64,000 nucleotides of DNA from Squalus acanthias (lineage: Eukaryota): NCBI GenBank assembly GCA_030390025.1, contig CM059431.1, positions 142,478,001 through 142,542,000 on the forward strand, in the 5' to 3' direction. Under the pieces are notes generated by a model that was given only the letters and a program-made list of their open reading frames with translations, had not been told where the DNA came from and ran no database searches. Every line of letters begins with the position of its first letter. The first letter of the stretch is position 1. Shown here piece after piece: positions 59,885 to 64,000 of the stretch. The translations under genes and the position numbers were made by a program.

Positions 59885-60635
59885 GCAGCTTTCATTTATA
59901 TACCTTCTTTAATATAATAAGACGTTCCAAGGCACTTTGCAGAAGCGTTATCAAACAAAAATTGACACCGAGCCACATATTAGGACAGGGGACAAAAGCT
60001 TGGTCAAAGAGGTAGGTTTTAAGGAGCATCTTAAAGCAGAGAGGGGGAATTCCAGACTCTAGGGCAGTAGAAGGCATGGCAGCCAATGGTGGAGTGATTA
60101 AAATCGGGGGTGTGCAAGAGGCCAGAATTGGAGGATCGCAGAGATCTCGAGGGTTTAGGGTTGGAGGAGGTGACAGAGATAGTGAGTGGTGAGGCCATGG
60201 AAGGATTTGAAAACAAGGATGAGAATTTTTAAACCGGGGTGTTGCCGGATCGGGAGCCAATGTAGGTCAGAAAGCAAACGGGTGATGGGTGGACGGGACT
60301 TGGTGCGAGTTTGGGCTGTGTTCAAGCTTATGGAGGGTGTGAGATGGGAGACCGACCAGCAGTGCTTTGGAATAGTCTTGTCTAGAGATAACGAAGGCAG
60401 GGATGTGGGTTTCAGCAACAGATGAGCTGAGGCGGGGTGGAGACGGCAATGTTATGCAGGTGGAGGAAGAGGGTTTTGGTGATGGAGTGGATATGCGGTT
60501 GGATGCTGATCATAGGGTCTAATATGACAGCAAGTTTGCGAAAGGTCTGATTCAGCCTCAGACAGTGGGCAGGGAGAGGGATGGAGTCGATGCCTCGGGA
60601 ACACAGTTCGTGGCGGGGACCGAAGACAATGGCTA
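59885..60635 (-). mobile_element. L2 3' fragment
   Basis: LLSDLHWLPI and FKSFHGL motifs. Confidence 0.82.
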
Positions 60636-60983
60636 ATGTTACCCGTCTACCTGTCCCACAGGTGCTGCTCACCCGAGAATCCCTCCCACTGACACGGCTT
60701 GTTGATGCTTTTCATGCATCTCCACACATCAGCAGGGTGCACGGTCAAGGAAACACTTACTTTGGAAAGCCTGGTCGCAGTCAGATGCCGAGGGGTGCTC
60801 CGGGGATCAGACTGGGAGGCAGGGGCCCGATGGGCTGTGCGAGGGAGCGGGGAAGGACAGGAACTTATTGCAGTCTTACCCTGAATATAACGGACATTGT
60901 AGCTGGGAGGAAACATACATCTCTTCTAATATCAAAACGAACTTCTAATCTTATTACAAAATAGCTAAATACAGGAAATCTGT

Positions 60984-61176
60984 AATAAAGTCAGAAAATG
61001 CTGGAAACACTCAGCGGGTCAGGCAGGGTCTGTGGGGAGGGGACGGTGGGGTTAACGGTTCAGGTCAATGACCTTTCCTGAAAACGGGTTCAGGATCTGA
61101 AACATTAACCCCACCTTCCTCTCCCCACAATCGCTGCCTGACCCGCTGAGTGTTTCCAGCATTTTCAGCTTTTATT
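60984..61176. mobile_element. Palindromic MER6-like MITE
   Basis: Arms gaaaatgctggaaacactcagcgggtcaggcag and ctgcctgacccgctgagtgtttccagcattttc are perfectly complementary. Confidence 0.85.
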
Positions 61177-61756
61177 TCTAATAATATTACTCATCCCCAT
61201 TTCAGACTATATTCTGTGCTTTACTTGGTTTGGGTTCTCACCATTTCAGAATACACTGGGAATCTGATGCTCGCTGTGTCTCTGACGTTGATTTTGGAAG
61301 CACATTCCCTGCTTGCTTTGACCGGTGTTGTTCTACTTCTGTATTGTGTGTGTCTGTGACCAATGAAACAGGAGGCAAACACTCAGCCAGCATTTAACGT
61401 CTTTCACCGTCCCCAGTACTAAACACTGGGGATATCCAAAGGTAATGAAACTGTGCTCAGCATTCACTATCTGACAATACTCTGTACCCGCTGGTCACAG
61501 GCCGTGCTGATCTGTGAGGTTTGTCTCTGCATTGAGTATAATTAGTTTCTCTGTTCAATCTTTCCCCTTGATTTCTCACCAGATCTGAGCTATTTTAACA
61601 CTGAGATCTGATGGTGTCGGTGTGAGTTCAGCCCCAGCAAATAAACATACATGTGTCCATCTGCTGGATTCTGCCCCAGACGGGAGTCACCCCTTAGATC
61701 AAATTCCTTTACTCTAAAATACACACAAGATTCACTGTGACTGTGTGTTTAGAGTA

Positions 61757-61902
61757 GCCATGATGTGGAGGTGCCGGTGTTGGACTGGGGTGGACAAATG
61801 TGAGAAGTCACACAACACCAGGTTATAGTCCAACAGCTTTATTTGAAATAACAAGCTTTCGGAGCGCTGCTCCTTCGTCAGGTGTTGTGCGACTTCTCAC
61901 AT
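61757..61902 (-). mobile_element. Short Penelope-type terminal repeat with a hammerhead core and a 22-bp inverted repeat
   Basis: Minus strand CTGACGA-a-ggagc(agc)gctcc-GAAA-gc-TT at 61881-61853; inverted repeat at 61798-61819 and 61881-61902. Confidence 0.55.
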
Positions 61903-62034
61903 GTGTATTTAGAAACAGAAACTGATCTCACTTCACATCCCATTGCACGGCCTCATGCTAGATAATTGTGCTCAGTGGCCAGACTCTCCCAGTCTCATTC
62001 TCACCATTTCCTGCCTTACCCTGTAACCATTGTG

Positions 62035-62285
62035 TACTGTCTCCAGGACCAGTGTGTATCTGAGTCAATGGGACTCTCTCTGACCTTTCTCCCAGTCCAC
62101 CTCCAGGACCAGTGTGTATCTGAGTCAATGGGACTCTCTCTGACCTTTCTCCCCAGTACATCTCCAGGACCAGTGTGTATCTGAGTCAATGGGACTCTCT
62201 CTGACCTTTCTCTCCAGTCCATCTCCAGGACCAGTGTGTATCTGTGTCAATGGGACTCTCTCTGACCTTTCTCCCCAGTCGATCT
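62035..62285. repeat. 60/61-bp tandem repeat, 4 copies
   Basis: Anchor ctccaggaccagtgtgtatctg at 62041, 62101, 62162 and 62223. Confidence 0.95.
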
Positions 62286-62656
62286 CTGGAAGCTCTTTGA
62301 ATCGGAAGGGTTCTCTCTGGTTGGTGCTCTCACAATCCTGTGCTGGTTCACCTGCTGTTGTTCCTCAGTCTACAATCCATGTTTACGCCAGCTGTGGACC
62401 TTCCTCAATCACTCCGTCATTCCCCGGGAGATCCAATTATGGCAGAGCAGAAAATGAGAATAATATTGATGTTGTGAAGGGGAATGTAGTGTACAATTTT
62501 CCTCCAACGTTTCAGATAAGTAAAAGTTCAGGGCCGAGTATTTCTGTTTGATTTTCTCCATTTCCTCAGATCCTCGTCCCGCCCGCCTGGGCTTCTGGAA
62601 AATCACCAGAATTCTGGATGGAAATGTACAATTTCACCGTGCTTTAGAGAAACCGG

Positions 62657-62978
62657 CACTATCTGATCTCACTGGGCCCATCCTCCCCGGGATACACACT
62701 GCCTGATCTCACTGGGCCCATCCTCCCCGGGTTACACACTGCCTGATCTCACTGGGCCCATCCTCCCCAGGTTACACACTGCCTGATCACACTGGGCCCA
62801 TCCTCCCCAGGTTACACACTGTCTGATCTCACTGGGAGCATCCTCCCCGGGTTACACACTGTCTGATCTCACTGGGCCCATCCTCCCCGGGTTACACACT
62901 GTCTGATCTCACTGGGCCCATCCTCCCCGGGTTACACACTGTCTGATCTCACTGGGCCCATCCTCCCCAGGTTACACA
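62657..62978. repeat. 40-bp minisatellite, 8 copies
   Basis: Unit tctgatctcactgggcccatcctccccgggttacacactg. Confidence 0.96.
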
Positions 62979-63050
62979 ATAATAGAAACTTACAGCACAG
63001 AAGGAGGGCATTCGGCCTATCTTGTCCGTGCCGGCCAACAAAGAGCTATC

Positions 63051-64000
63051 CACGACGCTTGCGTCTGCGCTCACTCGGAGGTCGAACTCCAAACCATCAT
63101 CAACACCTTCACCGAAGCGTATGAGAGCATGGGCCTTACACTAAACATCCGTAAGACAAAGGTCCTCTACCAACCCGCCCCCACCACACAGTACTGCCTC
63201 CTGATTATCAAAATCCACGAAAAGGCCTTGGACAACGTGGACCACTTTCCATACCTCGGGAGCCTACTGTCAACAAGGGCAGACGTCGACGAAGAAGTCC
63301 TACACCGCCTTCAGTGTGCCAGTGCAGCCTTTGGTCGTGTGAGGAAGAGAGTGTTTGAAGACCAGGACCTCAAACCCGGCACTAAGCTCATGGTCTACAG
63401 AGCAGCAGTGATACCTGCCCTGCTGTATGTCTCAGAGACATGGACCATGTACAGCAGGCACCTTAATGCACTGGAGAGGTACCACCAGCGCTGCCTCCGC
63501 AAGATCCTGCAAATCCATTGGCAGGATAGGCGCACCAACGTCAGTGTTCTTGCTCAGGCCAACACCCCAGCAGCGAAGCTTTGACCACGCTCGATCAGCT
63601 CCGATGGACGGGTCACACTGTCCGCATGCCCGATACGAGACTCCCAAAACAAGCGCTCTACTCAGAGCTCCGACACGGCAAGAGAGTCCCAAGTGGACAG
63701 AGGAAACGCTTCAAGGACACCCTCAAAGCCTCCTTGAAAAAGTGTAACATCCCCACCGACACCTGGGAATCCCTGGCCCAAGACCGCACAAAGTGGAGGA
63801 GAAGCATCCGGGAAGGCGCCGAACACCTCGAGTCTCTTCGCCGGGAGCAAGCGGAAGCCAAGCACAGGCAGTGCAAGGAGCGCACCACCCGCCCCTTCAA
63901 CCACCGTCTGCCCCACCTGTGACAGAGACTGTAGGTCCCGCATTGGACTCATCAGTCACCGGAGAACTCATTTTTGATGTAGAAGCAAGTCATCCTCGGT
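63051..64000 (+). mobile_element. RTE (BovB-like) LINE 3' part
   Basis: GLTLNIRKTKVL, FPYLGS, QLRWTGH, RLPKQALYSEL and RKRFKDTLK motifs, plus a terminal CCHH-like region. Confidence 0.9.

Overview
Vertebrate genomic DNA, almost certainly from a cartilaginous fish (inferred from the HE1-like V-SINE, the dense CR1/L2/RTE LINEs and the NLR type). One host gene can be reconstructed. It is a minus-strand NLR immune receptor (CARD-like death fold, FISNA-like linker, NACHT, ribonuclease-inhibitor-type LRRs) with 10 coding exons from ATG 51874 to TGA 10020. All introns are GT-AG with compatible phases, and the ORF is 2892 nt (963 aa). An old tandem duplication of about 6 kb created a second, diverged but intact start-codon exon at 58049-58144. 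Most other sequence is nested retroelements, two solo LTRs, Penelope-type fragments with minimal hammerhead-ribozyme cores, MITE-like palindromes and minisatellites. Downstream of the gene lies a cluster of decayed structural-RNA copies: tRNA-Val, a tRNA-Glu overlapping a near-consensus CTCF site, and collinear 18S and 28S fragments. I found no unambiguous new biological system. The best leads are the NLR 5' architecture, a sense-oriented intronic LTR with a TATA box and splice donor, the ribozyme cores, and several DNA-repair or rearrangement scars. All calls were made by eye without database searches, so repeat boundaries are approximate.
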